From Podarcis bocagei (lineage: Eukaryota): a stretch of DNA of 64,000 bases. This document shows positions 13,204 to 26,560 of the stretch, piece after piece (the stretch's first letter is position 1; each line of letters opens with the position of its first letter). The stretch lies in assembly GCA_964188305.1 (NCBI GenBank), contig OZ076885.1; one strand, given 5' to 3'. A model generated the notes under the pieces. That model was not told the origin of the DNA and searched no databases. It saw nothing but the letters and a program-made list of their open reading frames with translations. Position numbers and translations under genes: made by a program.

Positions 13204-14079
13204 CCATTCGTACAGAAAAGCAAAATAGCACCACTCTTCAATCATTTTCCATCCGCTGATTCAACAGTCGCTTAAAATATCGAGATATTTTTGTACTACT
13301 GCAAATATTGGGACACCCTTGAGCTTGCTGATGCCTCCGCTTTGTGCTTGGGTTTTGGCTACATAATGATCAGAACTTACTTGAAACAAAATCGTAATCT
13401 CAATCCTATGTGTGTATTGTATACCATGAATACACTGGTTCAAAAGGGCACACACCCCAGTAACTGCTTAGGATTGCAGTATAAAGCTGAACTATTTTAG
13501 ATTTTTCAGTAAGGGTTATAGTATAAAGTATTAATATGGCATACATTTAAAAAATGAGAGCAAGATATAAATATTTCAGGAGAATCTACAGTACTTTATA
13601 CATTAATAGGCCACACTGGTAATACACTGACCCTATTAAATGCAATTTTTCAGGCCAATGGTGATTGGCATTAGATACTGACATTTGAAGAATTGCCATT
13701 ATATTGATTTTGCTCTTTGCATTTTAAATAATCGGCTGGACAAAGTAACACTGGCAGAAGTTAGCTGTCATTTGGTAAAGCAATTAAGTACTTAAGGGGA
13801 AAAAAAAGCCAGAATATTGAAACCATTCAGTAATCTTTAAGGACATTACAACTGTAATCAGTTTTGCAGCCCTTAACTTAACAGGCAGATAAATTCCATC
13901 AGTAGGAACACAGAGACTGGCTCAAAAGGGACTATAGAGCCTGGAGTGAACATTGCAAATTCCATGATGTTACGCCCACAAAGAAATTCCAGCAGGCAGC
14001 AGATGTTTTAATAAATATTGTTGCATTATGGAAGTTTTAAGATTTGAGTAGAATTATACAATACACAACACAAGTATGA

Positions 14080-14098
14080 GAGGCCACCTGGTGGTCAA
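14080..14098 (-). promoter_or_regulatory. CTCF binding motif
   Basis: Minus strand reads TTGACCACCAGGTGGCCTC, a close match to the CTCF core CCACCAGRKGGC, in unique sequence. Confidence 0.6.
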
Positions 14099-17000
14099 AG
14101 GAATCAATTAAACTTGAAAGAGAGATGAGCAAAATATGTTCAGGGCTGATGAATTAAAAATATACAAATATAACCTCAGCTGGAATTCAGGAATCAGCTG
14201 GAACTATAAGAAACAAGCTATCCTTAGGAACAGATCCTTCAAGCAGGAGGAAATCAGGCTTGGTGGACAATTAATGCAATAAGCTAAACAAATCCCTAAT
14301 ACAGTAATTAAAGTTTCTTGGGCTGTGCAGTCATTTGGCTGATATGTCAGCAGACGAGACAGATGCACATTTAAAGTTAATACAGAATTTCTTAGACCTG
14401 GCAGCACCTCCAAAAGGCTCAAAGCAAGCAAAGAAGGTGTAGACACTCTTCACAGCAGTGACACTGATCTGGTTTTGGGATAGAAAAGGGAATTTCACCA
14501 GGTGAAGCCTTTCTTATCCCTGTGTGGCAAGCTGCACTCGCAAAAATTCAATTTCTTCACAGGTATTAAAGGTAAACCACCCTCGTTGTCACCATCCAGG
14601 CTGAAGCGAGTCGTCATGGAATGAAATATAATCAAACCACATCCATTCTGCTCACTTTATACAGCTTCGTTATATGTGATATTAGAAAACAAGGAGTGTT
14701 TGTTCTTTATTTCTTGCTATTGGAATATTTTTTTTGGGGGGGGGAGGAGATTTATAGACTGCTTAGTCATGAAATTCTCTGAGTGGTAGACACTACAAAA
14801 TTACCAACAAAACACAGCTAAAATCCACAAAACTTTTTTTTAAAAAAAGTATAAGATTACTAGCAGCAAAACTAAAAAAACAACAACAGAAAAGTAAATA
14901 ATATATCTGGGTGGGCTTGCTAAAATAAGGAAGTTTTCTGCCGGCATCTAAAACAATAGAGTGAGGTTGCCTTCCTAATGGCAAATTGATGTAGATGCTC
15001 AGTTTCTCATGCATCCATATTGTCATTATGATGGTTTTCTGGCCGCTATTGTACTATTTAGATATGTTTTTTTTATTGCAACTTGGGCCACTTAACTTCT
15101 CTGCAGCTGTGGGACTTACCCTTGACTAATTACGCCCTACTGAATCAGGGCCACTCTTTTTCCAACTGGGTCACTCCCAGGTATCATATCAAAAATATTT
15201 CTTTCAGGTGTCCCAAAGCTTTGAAGGCCAATCCTTTTGGATGCCAGCTGGGTGATTATACATGTTGTGGAAAAGATAACAAAACTTGCTATAGTAATAT
15301 GATTGTTAGTATGTGTCCATGATATCATCTACCGTAACAGATGCAAATTTAATTAAAAACAAAATTAGTTTTCAGAGTTTCTGGATGAGATATATTTAAT
15401 GTCTCTGCTACAATGTATGCAGCGTTTTTCTTAAGGTTTGTGTCATATTAAACGTGGAAGCTGGCTGTTGCATCCTCCTATATACAGTCAACGGAATTCA
15501 GGAAGGATATTTAAATCAGTGTGGAGTAACTGAAGGCTGTCTATAGAGGTTGGGTCGTTTTCTATTACTTATTTCTTTACTGTGAACTCTCATGTTAACA
15601 TGGAAGAAGACAAATAAAGCGCAACAGAACAGACTTTTCGGTTGGGCTTTTAAAAAGCACAGCTTGATTAAAGTTTTCTAATGTTGGCTAGTTATTAAGT
15701 ATTTTGTCATTTGCATCAATTTTGTTACATTTGTATCCATTTACAGGCTACAGCCTGACCTATTTACTGTCATTTACAAGACATCTTTGTGCACCTTCTC
15801 AAATTTGTTGTATGGTATTTCTTAGTTTCCAAAAGTATTTAAAATGAAACAAAACAAAAACCTGAACATTTTTAGTTATTGGGGGAAATGTATGTTGGGA
15901 GTTCTAGATATACATAAATTATATAGACCATAAATCCTCATGAGATTTACACTAACCCTACTTAAATTTTCAGTTTTCTTCTGCTAGAGACTATTGTAGA
16001 AGGGGAATTGATTTGAACAGTATGAGTGTGTGTCTATCTATCTAAACAAACACACACACACATACACTGTTCCAACTTTCGCATACTTATCCCTGGCTGA
16101 ATGGGAAATCAATGCACGCTCCCAATCCAGCTGCTAAGACTCCCATGTATTGCTCTTTTAAAAAGCTGAAATCTTATCAGCTCCTTGGAAAGATCAGATT
16201 AGATTATCCCCCCCCCCCAGTCCACCCCTGTTCCTGATGTAGATATTCATTCACCCTTACTTCCCTTGCAGTGAGGGTGACACTATTTTGTGGTTCGCCT
16301 TTGGCTGGCCCTGAAACTCTCACATACACACATGTGGGCACATGCCATACTCAGTCACACAGTGGCCCAGCCCATATATCCCCATTGCAGCTGAGTTCAG
16401 AAGACTAAACCTCTCCTCTTAGCTGTTGGTGGTGCAATGGAGAAACCAAGTCCACAGGAGCTCTGTAAAGAGAGGAGAGGTTTAAACAGAAGAGCAATTC
16501 TAATCTCTTATTAATTTAAATATTTCCATCCAGTTCAGCCCTGCAATGGTAAAAAAAGTCCCATCTGCTTACCTTGCAAACACACCCTTCTCTCTTCTGT
16601 AACACCATTCTTCTTCCTGTTGCTTTCTGTTCCCTAACCAGTAAGACTGCCTAACAATGGCACCAAGTAAGAGGAAGGAGCGGTGCTTCGCAGAGGGAGA
16701 AGAGGACCTGATTTTGGGAAGGGCTGCTGGCCACCTACAGTGGTTTGCCAGGCCAGATCTGGCCCACAGGGACACCGTTTCACCACCCCGATCTAGAGGA
16801 GCTTTGGGTAAGATAATCTCTTGTGGTATTGACATTACCAGTTAAAGTTCTAATCAGTGAAACAGCGGCTTCAATAATTATAATAACAATAACCACAGCC
16901 ACAACCTCGAGAAAGGCAATTTTCGAAGATCAAAACCCAGTCAGGTCGAAGGAGTTTATCTAATCTGTTAAGTGATGAGAATGAAGCCCACAGCTTATGT

Positions 17001-18994
17001 TGCAAGGATATGTAGTCTTGCAAGTTGGGGGAAAACCCTACGTGACGTTTCAGACGTCTCAGTTCTCTCAACATTGATACACACATAAAAGTACCTTGTG
17101 GGAATTCCAGTGGTCATACAGACAGAGTACAAGCAGGGAAGGGAGAAATACGATAACATATTTTGTATAGCTTTTCCTGTCAGTAACATACACTTCTATT
17201 TAGGGAGGAAAGCGACAGATAAAATGGCTTAGAGTGTTATTGCTATGCTAGTCGCAGGTAATGGGGGAAACTGAGGACACTTTATGATAATATTTTATGA
17301 TACTGCTGTTTGTTTTACGGTTATATTTGTTTTTAGTTTTTATTGTGATTTATATTTTTTATGTATAAGCCACCTAGAGTTTGATTGTATCATAGAAAGG
17401 CAGAATGTAAATCCAAATAAATAAAGCACATGAGCTTTTTATGCCACTGCAAGACACACAGAGTCCATGCCCAGCTAACATTATTCAGCTGATAGCCGAT
17501 CATGAACCATGAATTCTGCGCAGGTGTAGAGACCATTTTCTTGCTCTTTTGGCACAATGCTAAAAGCAAGCGCCAAGCCAGGAGCATTACAAATATGTGC
17601 AAAGGACCTCAGGCCTATTTGTTTATTTGGTATCTGTAGGTTTCAAACAAATGATTTGGTGCTGTAGAATGTGTGGCCTAGACTTGTACCTGGAAATCAA
17701 TATGCACACTGGCCTCTTCCAGTTCACCCAACATCAGTTTGAAAGGGGTCTATGTGCTTTTTAATGTGTGAAAGTCCCAAACACCTGTCAGCTGGGGAGG
17801 AGGTCAAGGTTGTGACTAGAGGTAGGGCTAGCCTAGGCATTACAGAGAACCCTTTCAAGTGGTGTGGAACCCACAGGCAGGTAATACATTAGTGGTGGGG
17901 AACCCGCTCCACTTGACAGGCCAGACCCTTACCTTCTGACCTCTAGAGGGCCAAATCTGACATTTGGACAGGGCTACCCAGCTGTCAATCACCTGATGTC
18001 TGGTGACACTGCACTTTGAAGTCCCAGCTGTCGGGACTTCAAAGCACAGTGCTGGGTAATTGAAAGCCCTTTTGCAAGCAGCCTGGAAGTTTAAAGAGCA
18101 ACACGGGGCTGTTTGAAAAGGGGCTGGGAACTGGTACATGCAACCAAAGTGATCAGGATTTAATCTCCATTCACCAAGTGCGCTAAGGGCTGCATCCTAT
18201 TGCTTTGGCTATGTGTGTCTGTTCCCAGAAAGGAACAGGTGTGTGTAGCCAAACTGAACAGGACTGAAGCTCCCTCTGCATCGTGCTCAGTTTGGCTGCA
18301 TTGGCCCCAGCAGGAGAACTGGTGTACACAGCCAAAACAGAATCAAACCCTGCTCTCCACTGTCCACCAGCTGATGTCACCTCTCATCAGAATGATGTCA
18401 GTTGATTGGCAGGTGGGTGTTGTTTTTAAAATAGCCTTACAGTCCTGATTTGACCCGCTGTTAGGTGAAGATTGGCCCATGGGCTTGAGGATCCTCACCC
18501 CTGGAATACATGAATAGGGCTGTAGATGACTCAGTTTCTTGAACCATGTGTCAGAAAGCATATCTGCCACCAGAAATATTAGTTCAATAAGAAGGTATCA
18601 CTTTTCCTACTTTGTTTTTCTGAGAAAATGAAATATCTTTGAAAACCGATGTGATAAATTACATCTGATGTGTGGTTTTTCTTCTTCATTGCTGAAAATG
18701 ACATGTTGTGGAGAGGGTCAGACAAATTCATCCTATTACTCAAAAAAGTATTTTGGAGGTTTTTGGTGTGTGTGTTTGTTTTTTTAGCAAGAAGCAATGA
18801 TAGCAGTTAACCCATTTTCTTTTTTTCCTGGATAATATAGTTTACCTTCAACAGCCCAGAGATGGGGGTTGGGAACATGGGACACATTTTTCTGCTACTG
18901 AAATAAGAATACACTTTAAAACCACACAAGAAGCCCTGCTGGAATAGCCATCCATTATAGCATCCTCTTGTTTGTTTGAGGGAATTAGACCAAT

Positions 18995-19690
18995 AAAATA
19001 TGGTGAGTTTCCAATGTCCCTTCTTGGGCAAAGCACTTGAGTGGCTAGTCATGAACCAGATCCAGGTGTTCGTGAAGAAAACCAAATTTCTAGTTCCATT
19101 TCAATCAGGGTTAAGGCCCTGTTTTGGCACAGAAACTGCTTTGGTCACCCTGCATGATTACTTCTGTCAGGAGAGAGACAGGGGAAATGTTTCCCTGTTA
19201 CTTCTCCTCGACCTCTCTGTGGCTTTTGATTTCCGTTGACCGTGATATGCTACTGGAGCGGCTGTCCAAGTTAGGGGTGAGTGGCCCCACTTTGCATTGA
19301 TTCCGGCCCTCCTTGGGTGGTTGCTTGGGGAGTGTTCTTCAGCCCTGTGGAGTGGTCAGGTTGCTCACTGGGACAAGGCAGCTTGAATATCAATCCTGAC
19401 CCAACTGTACTGGCTGCCCATTATTTTCTGGACCCTATTCAAAATGCTGGTTTTTACTTATAAAGCTTTAAATGGCTCAGGATTGCAATACCTTTCCTTC
19501 TTTGAACTGGCCCAGATTTTGTGATCACATCCCCTGTGGCCTTCTTTGTGTCTCCTCTGCAAGAGGTCCAGAGGGTGGCAACGAATGAATGGGCCTTATC
19601 TGCAGTGGGTTCTTGCTTGTGGCATGCTCTCCTCAGGGACGCTCACTTGGTGCCTTTATTACATATTTAAGGCATTAGGCAAAAACAGGC
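18995..19690 (+). mobile_element. Decayed L2 LINE, RT fragment and 3' part
   Basis: Translation PFLGKALE...PFQSGLRPCFGTETALVTL...DRGNVSLLLLLDLSVAFD is typical of L2-clade RT; frameshifted and internally deleted. Confidence 0.85.
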
Positions 19691-20499
19691 TGATCCAGCA
19701 TATTTCCTGTCTTTCCAACTCACTCATCCATTCTTACTTTTGTTCATCACTCACAGATGTCCACACTTGGGCACAGATTTCTGGATTCAGCACGGCACCA
19801 GTCATCATGGTTGAGGGAGGCTGTGAGGAGTGGCCAAAGGTCTTTGATAATTTATTTTTATGACAAATCATGGCCAGCGTTCGCCTGGTATGGAATACTA
19901 TTTGATGCAAGTATGCACTGTGTTTATGTTAGAAAAACTAACACCATTTAACAGTGTCTTTGTTAGCATTTCTGAATTTAAAAAACATTTTATTTTTTGC
20001 AAAAAGAGATATTCAAATTTGTCCCAGAGAAATGTGCTTTTAACTTGCAGCACACCCTTTTCAATCAGCATTAGAAGCTGAAGTCATATTTTACAAAAAG
20101 CTGAAGGCTGCAATTTTTGCCATTTAGGCTAAAAGTTTATTAGCAAACCATAATCACTATCCTGATTGCAATTAAAAAGGCTCCCAAATGGGTCAACATG
20201 CTTAAGTGCGATATGCAATCATTTAGATTTTAACATGATGGTTATTACTTATTACCAGGATGCACAATGAGATATTGATTACTTTTAACCTTTAGATCTA
20301 AGGATTCAAGAAAGGTCAAGGCAGTAGAGTAGTCTACCTTTCCTGTCTAGTAAACTTATGGCCTTTAACAGAATTCTAATGATTCTAGTTGGCAAGGCAG
20401 ATCTGAAATTAGTTTATTCTCTTGGCAGACAGGAATTATGACATATTTTTAAAAAGTCTGCGTGGAGAGCATATTTTGTACTTTCTGTTACAAGCCAAG

Positions 20500-20660
20500 T
20501 CATAGAATCATAGAATATTGAAGTTGGAAGGGGTCCCTAGGGTCATCTAGTCCAACCCCTGCAATGCAGGGATCTCAGCTAAAGCATCCATGACAGATGG
20601 CCATCCAACCTCCGCTTAAAGACCTCCAAGGAAGGAGAGCCCACCACCTCTCATGGGAGC
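20500..20660 (-). mobile_element. CR1 LINE 3' end fragment
   Basis: CATAGAAT tail repeats followed by CR1 3' UTR (GTTGGAAGGGG...GGTCATCTAGTCCAACCCC). Confidence 0.9.
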
Positions 20661-20825
20661 TGTCCTCAAAGCTGTTGAGAGCATATAGAGGCTATGTCAT
20701 TAATTTCAGCTTCTGTTAGTGTTAACTGTTTTAAACCCATGCTTAGTCAACAGAATAGAGTGTGGGGAACACTTATTTGTAACATTCTTTTTTCTTTCTT
20801 TTTTTTGCAGGGATATAGTTTACAC

Positions 20826-20961
20826 CAGAGATGGGGAACCTGTGGGTCTCCAAATGTTGCTGCATATAACTGCCACCATCCCAGATCTTTGGTCATGCTG
20901 GTTGGGGCTGATGGGAGTTGGAGTCCAGCAACATCTGGAGGGCCACATGTTCCCAGTTCTG
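20826..20961. mobile_element. hAT-like non-autonomous MITE
   Basis: Imperfect TIRs CAGAGATGGGGAACCTGTGG / CCACATGTTCCCAGTTCTG; palindromic interior; relative at ~50026-50146. Confidence 0.7.
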
Positions 20962-21137
20962 CTACATACACAGACATTAGCCCTCTTCAGGCACCCAAAT
21001 TCTATGTACTGCATTCATGTGAAGGGAGTGACTGCTGGGATGAACCTGCTAGGTCTGTCCCCTTTGAAATTGTCCTCCATCAGCAGATGGGTAACTGTGG
21101 AGAGCAGGAAGCCTCCTGTACTTGTGAGTGCTCCCCA

Positions 21138-21400
21138 CAGGAATGTAGCATGGGGGTGCCAGGGGGCTGTGGCCCCGGGCACGCAATTTTTGAGGGGGCA
21201 CAAACCAGGTGCCCCCCCACAGGTGCCCCCAGCCCGTTGCTGTTCTCTGCTCGCCAATAACCATGCTGGATGGTCGGGTTCCCCTCTGTGTGGGTGTACA
21301 GGCAGCTCAGTGTGGCCCCACTTTGCTCTGGTGGGGAGTATAGCACCACAGTGTTGAACCATGCCTTCTCTGGGTGCCAGTAATCAACGCTATGCCACTG
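21138..21400. mobile_element. hAT MITE with 8-bp TSD
   Basis: Perfect TSD GCTCCCCA at 21130-21137 and 21401-21408; imperfect TIRs CAGGAATGTAGC / GCTATGCCACTG; GC-rich interior. Confidence 0.85.
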
Positions 21401-21612
21401 GCTCCCCACATGGTTGTTCTAAAATGCAGAGAGATTCCACAACCACAGGAGGCTCCCCAGTTCACCCAGTCACTCAGCTAGTATCCATGAAGGGTGAGTT
21501 AGTGTTCTCATTTCCGAAGCCTCCGACCCATGTAATTACAGCACACAGAAGCATCAGAAAACACAGATGACTATAGTGAGCTCTCAAATGCACAAAAGCA
21601 TGCACAATTTAT

Positions 21613-21697
21613 GTTGCAATCTTTACCCACTTACCTGGAAGTTAGCCCCATTGAACTCAGTGGGACTTACTTCTCAGGAGGCTGCATGGGATTGCAC
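21613..21697. mobile_element. Short hairpin MITE
   Basis: TGCAATC...GATTGCA termini, internal AAGTTAGCCCCATTGA / TCAGTGGGACTTACTT stem. Confidence 0.65.
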
Positions 21698-23539
21698 AGG
21701 AGATGAATCAAGCCTAAGAACCGAATATTTTGTATGTGCACCGAAGGCACAAACCTTCAATGATTTTAACCATTTCATACAGCATTTGCTACACAGTTTG
21801 TAATCTGGGATGGCGACTAGTCCTGCACTTACACTTTGCCCTCCATCCCTCCAATCAGAATAAATAGTCTAATCAAACGAATCTGTCGTATGTACAAGAT
21901 AAAATAATGTGCCCGACGCTAGTTGAGCTACTGGTATTTCCGCTTTCATTCGTTTCACTAACATTTGGGATGGCTTCTTGCCCTCAGATCCACAAACCGA
22001 ACAGAGCTCACACTTCAACTTCAGAAGAATTATGGGCAAGAGAAACATATAACTGTTGTGTTACATTAATTTGCAGAACACTTGGCATTATCACGGCCAA
22101 GTAGTCAAATTGTTCCAGGTTGTTCCGGAAGGTTGTTATTAATAGCATGTTTTCTGAGGAAAGTTCTGTCTACTTTTGGAACTGCATTTCTGTTGCCAAG
22201 GAAACTCCTCTAAGCACAGCATTCTAGGAGCACACTACTGCTTTTGTTTGGCAGGGTCCTATTCATATCATCTAAGTAAGCACTTTACACACACTTCAGC
22301 CTGCAGTTTCAAACCTTTAAGTATATTATAGCTGACGGTTTCCCTCTCCCCTTTGCACAGACTTTGCGCCCCCCCCCTTTTACTTTCCCTAAATTATTTT
22401 AACAACGAAGAGCCCGGTACTACTCCCTCCCCTAAGCGCGTTTTCATTAATATGAATTATAGCTTCATAGCTTACAACATTAGTCTTTTAAGTGTTAATT
22501 ATCTTTTCACTCAGAAATTAATGTAGTCATTTCCTCCTGACTCCAGCCTACACTGTTGTTATTGGAGTTCGGAGCAAAACATGTCACTGAATCCTGAGCC
22601 AGGATTCTTCTTGTTGTTGTTGTGATTAATCCTGGTCACATGGACTATCTCTGCCAAAAGGAGATCACTGAAGAAAGGTGACAAAGACAGTGATTTCCTG
22701 ACAGCAAAGAGTAAGACAGGGCTGTCTAGAAGTGATGCAAATGAGGGAAACTTTCACCATGGTTTGTTTGATCCAGGAGGCCGCAGCTCTGCACAGAGCC
22801 AGAGCGAAAAGCTCATGGAGCACCAGCACACCCAGAGGAGGAAATGAATGGCATCTTCAGAAGTAAAGCAGTGCCATTTCCCTCAACAATTTACCTGTGA
22901 AAATATAGTCAATCTTATTTCTTCACAAATGATCACCACTGTTAAGCCCTACCCACCAACTTACTATCCTGCTACTGAAAGCTCTGCTTTGAATGAACCA
23001 TTTAACTCTGCAGTGGTCTAGCCTGTACTGATTAGTAAAGTTTGTGTTTGGTTAAAGATATACAAGAAATAGGCACCTTAGAAATGATTTTAAGGGTGGT
23101 GGTGGCAGCTTAAGATGGTCAGACTGCAATTAATGTTGCCTAACTCCAGGTTCATTTGTTTTTACATTATTATTTTTAATGGGAAAATAATAAAGTTATA
23201 AGCTAATACACTGCATATTGTTGTGTGCTTCTGACAGTTTGCAAAAGAAATGCAAAAAACACACATAATCTGATGCATGTTTACTCTGTTTACCTATGAG
23301 ATTCCTCAAGGGAAATGGTTCTTAGGGAAAACAGAATTGCAGGAATTAAGAGCATTTCGTTACACAGATCTCAATTTTCCAAAAAGCAACAGATGTATTT
23401 TTGGGTTTTTGTTTTTTAAAAAACACGTTCCCTCTTTGAAAATCACTATCATTAGAGGCAGGGATGGAGAGAAGAAACCGCTTTCCCCCTTACTCACTAA
23501 CACCAGCTGCAACATTTAGCTTTTACAACACAAACCACC

Positions 23540-23705
23540 TATATAGAGCCTTCAAACCACAACCCCCCCCCCATTAAAGAATTCTGGGCACTGTAGGTTG
23601 TTAATGCTTGCTGGGAATTGTAACTCTGTGGCAGATAAACTACAGTGCCCAGAATTCTTTGAGCTGGGAAAATGTGCTCTGAATATGCTTTAAAGATGTA
23701 GTGTC
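23540..23705. mobile_element. Palindromic MITE remnant
   Basis: Inverted arms AAAGAATTCTGGGCACTGTAG / CTACAGTGCCCAGAATTCTTT. Confidence 0.65.
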
Positions 23706-24959
23706 CGTGCAGTTTGTGAAGAAGGCTGGTGGGCAGGTTTATGTGGGGAGCAGGCACTCCTTCGGATATATGGGTCTCAAACTATATAGGGCTTTAAAGT
23801 CTTCAAAAATATTTTCCCTGATCTAAATCTCTCTTCCCGCCCACCTTCCCCAGCTGCTATTAGTCCCACCTTCCTGTCCCCCACCCACCTCCAACTTTCC
23901 TTAGGAAGCATTCACTTCTGATGAACATTTGAATGCCATTTAGTCAAGTGTATTACCCCCTCTTTGATTGGACAGCCTCGTATTTAAGCTTTCCTGTTGC
24001 TAAATCAACACATTTACTCACAAATCATTACGCCAGGATCAGTATTTCTTGTACCCGCCATGGCACACACATCCTTCTTGAAGATTTAATCAGGGCACAT
24101 TTTATGCAGTATGTATTTCAAGCACCTTAAATGCTTTTATAATCAACCCTCCAAATGTCAAAGGAGATGCCAACATTTTTATATTTGTAAAGAAATGTTT
24201 GGTTAATTTTACTCCCTACATGCTAACAATTTTAACAATCATATCTTACTCAATTTAATGGGGTTTTAATCTAACGCACAATTAATCTTCTGGGGAAAAT
24301 GTAAGGAATTATCATTAACTTTCTCTGTCTAGTACATTCATTTCTAATCTCCACAGCTCCAATAAACCCTGATTTGCTTAATTTTTGAACACTCCAGGAA
24401 GAAATCTTGCATCAATACAGAGGTTTCTATTAAAGGATTAATGAGAGGAGTTTAGACGCTTGGGCCAGATCCTATAAATCCTATGTAGGATAATTATCTG
24501 TGGATCTTTAAAGAATGCTTGAGAGATCAGGTCCAGGTATTATAATGACAAACGGAGGATGAAGCCAAAATGAACCAGGCAGAAACTTAAGGGGGTCCTT
24601 GGCATGGTACGACTGATGTCCCTTCAAACTCACATACCCCAATATCCCATGCAGTATTTTGTTTTTCTGCTGCCACCAGTGTCATAGCAGTGGCAGCAAC
24701 ACCACACACAACCATGTGAGCACCTGGCAGAAAGGGCAGTGAGTAGCAGCCCAGGTAAGTTTGGCTGGGAAGGGTCTTTCTGAGTCTCCTGAGCCCCTTG
24801 GCCAATGCTTGACCTGGCTGACAGCTGGTGCCAATCCTGACCAAGCATACTCAAAAGATCTAGATACTCTATTCCTAAAGTAACTTAAAAGTAGGATAGC
24901 TAGAGTGAGGATAACTATGCAACAGGAGTAGAGTTTAAGACTGAAGACAGACACGTTTC

Positions 24960-25093
24960 TTACATTAACATTTCACGCTTCTTTCCATCATGGAACCTGA
25001 GCAGACCTACTTATAGTGCCTAAGTGGTCCCCCATCCAGGCACTGACCAGACCTACTAGCTTCAGCAAGATAGTGGTCTCTTGTGCCTTCAGA
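24960..25093 (-). mobile_element. 5S rRNA-derived SINE-like element, decayed
   Basis: Minus strand GAAGCTAGTAGGTCTGGTCAGTGCCTGGATGGGGGACCACTTAGG resembles the 5S internal control region, followed by a non-5S, L2-like tail. Confidence 0.6.
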
Positions 25094-26560
25094 AAAAGAG
25101 TAAGCTCACAGCATGGTATATGTGCTGACAGCTCCCTTGTAGCATCAGGCCATAATATTGAATGATGAAATGTTATTCTTGCCTCTCCTGCCTTGCCCAC
25201 CCATCCAATTGCTATTAATGGAGGCTCCTCCTCCTCTGCCAGCAAGCAAAGTGTCCAGAATCCAGGTGCCTGAGAGGCAAGTTGAATGACCTCCCTCTGC
25301 CTCCGCCACTGGCTGTAGGGAGCTTTTGTTTCCTAGGCTGAGGAGGAGATGGTGGTAGCAGTATTGATCAGGCAGCTGAGCAAGTAGGGAGGGTCAAGAA
25401 TTACATATCAGCATTCAATTCACCGGCACACAAGAGAAAGACATCAATATAAAAAGAAGGTTGACGGAGTATTGACAGCCCTGTGGCTCACTTTCCATAC
25501 TACGTCAGCCTTTAGCCTAATATCGTATAAACTGAGATTTCAAAATGATTGCAGGTTTGTTTGGAGGCAGAAGGAGGAGAATTCTTCTTTGATATAAGAT
25601 TACATTAAAGGCTTGAACCAACTGAGAACAAAAAACTACAGCTCTGCTCTATGTCAATTTTACCAAGGCCTCCTATCGTCATCTATCAGGATAAAATCAG
25701 GGGAAGAAAGTCTTGGCTTGAATCGGTATGGAATTAGAGAAAAACATCACTGGGGATACATGCTGAACTGTGAATATACAGATAATTTTCTCATACCTAG
25801 TTCTGGCATCGCTATATTGTTATTATGCATTTAATGTATGCTCTTGCCTTGCAATGTACTTGTTTTATTATAGATCTTTCCCACTTATAGACTCCTTAGA
25901 GGCAAAGATTACTGCTGCCAATAGTGAAAACACAGCAGGTAACCTGGCAGAGGAGGTTTGCTGAGCTAGCTCAGCGGTGCAATTACTTATCAATTCAATA
26001 ACTAGGAGGAAGATTCTGTAGATTTAAGAAATCTACCCCTAGAAAAGAGAAAGTGCAATGAACTGGCGTCTGTACAGTATAGTTGTTAGTGGAGCAACAT
26101 GAATTAAAGCAAGAGAGAAACGGGATTCCAATCTTCCCATGATTTATTTCCTGTAGTTTCTGCACGAGGAACAACCAAATTCAACAGCTCAACATTCAGT
26201 CGATGTGGTTCAACACTATGGCACTATACTGTCAATGATATATGCATTCTACACACAATCTGTAAATGGAAACTCAAATTCTGCCTACTCAAATGAGCCC
26301 TCATGTGGTGGCAGCTAGCATATACCACATCACTAGAAAGGCTTCTGAAGGAAGAGCCTTTCCATTGTGATATATACCGGCCATCACTACATAGGGATGC
26401 CTCCACCAGAAGCATTCACCATGAGACACAGACACAATAAAATCATCCTGTGGTGTCTTTATCACTACTTTACCAAAGGATGTGTGAAATGACCCTAGGA
26501 AATTTATTCAGGTATTAACCACATGTTCCTGGGAACTTGCTGAAACCATTAAAAAAACTA

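Noticed and set aside
16569-16835. Minus-strand ORF ending at a good donor AAG/GTAAG
   Set aside because: Overlaps a hAT-like remnant; no clear acceptor or protein similarity.
20694-21409. Overlapping long ORFs (188 and 212 aa)
   Set aside because: Run through GC-rich MITEs with TSDs; open on both strands; no protein motifs.
22625-22848. Open stretch of about 70 codons (…KKGDKDSDFLTAKSK…)
   Set aside because: No start codon or acceptor at its 5' end and no recognisable homology.
24960-25093. 5S rRNA gene
   Set aside because: Partial and diverged, with a non-5S tail; treated as SINE-like.
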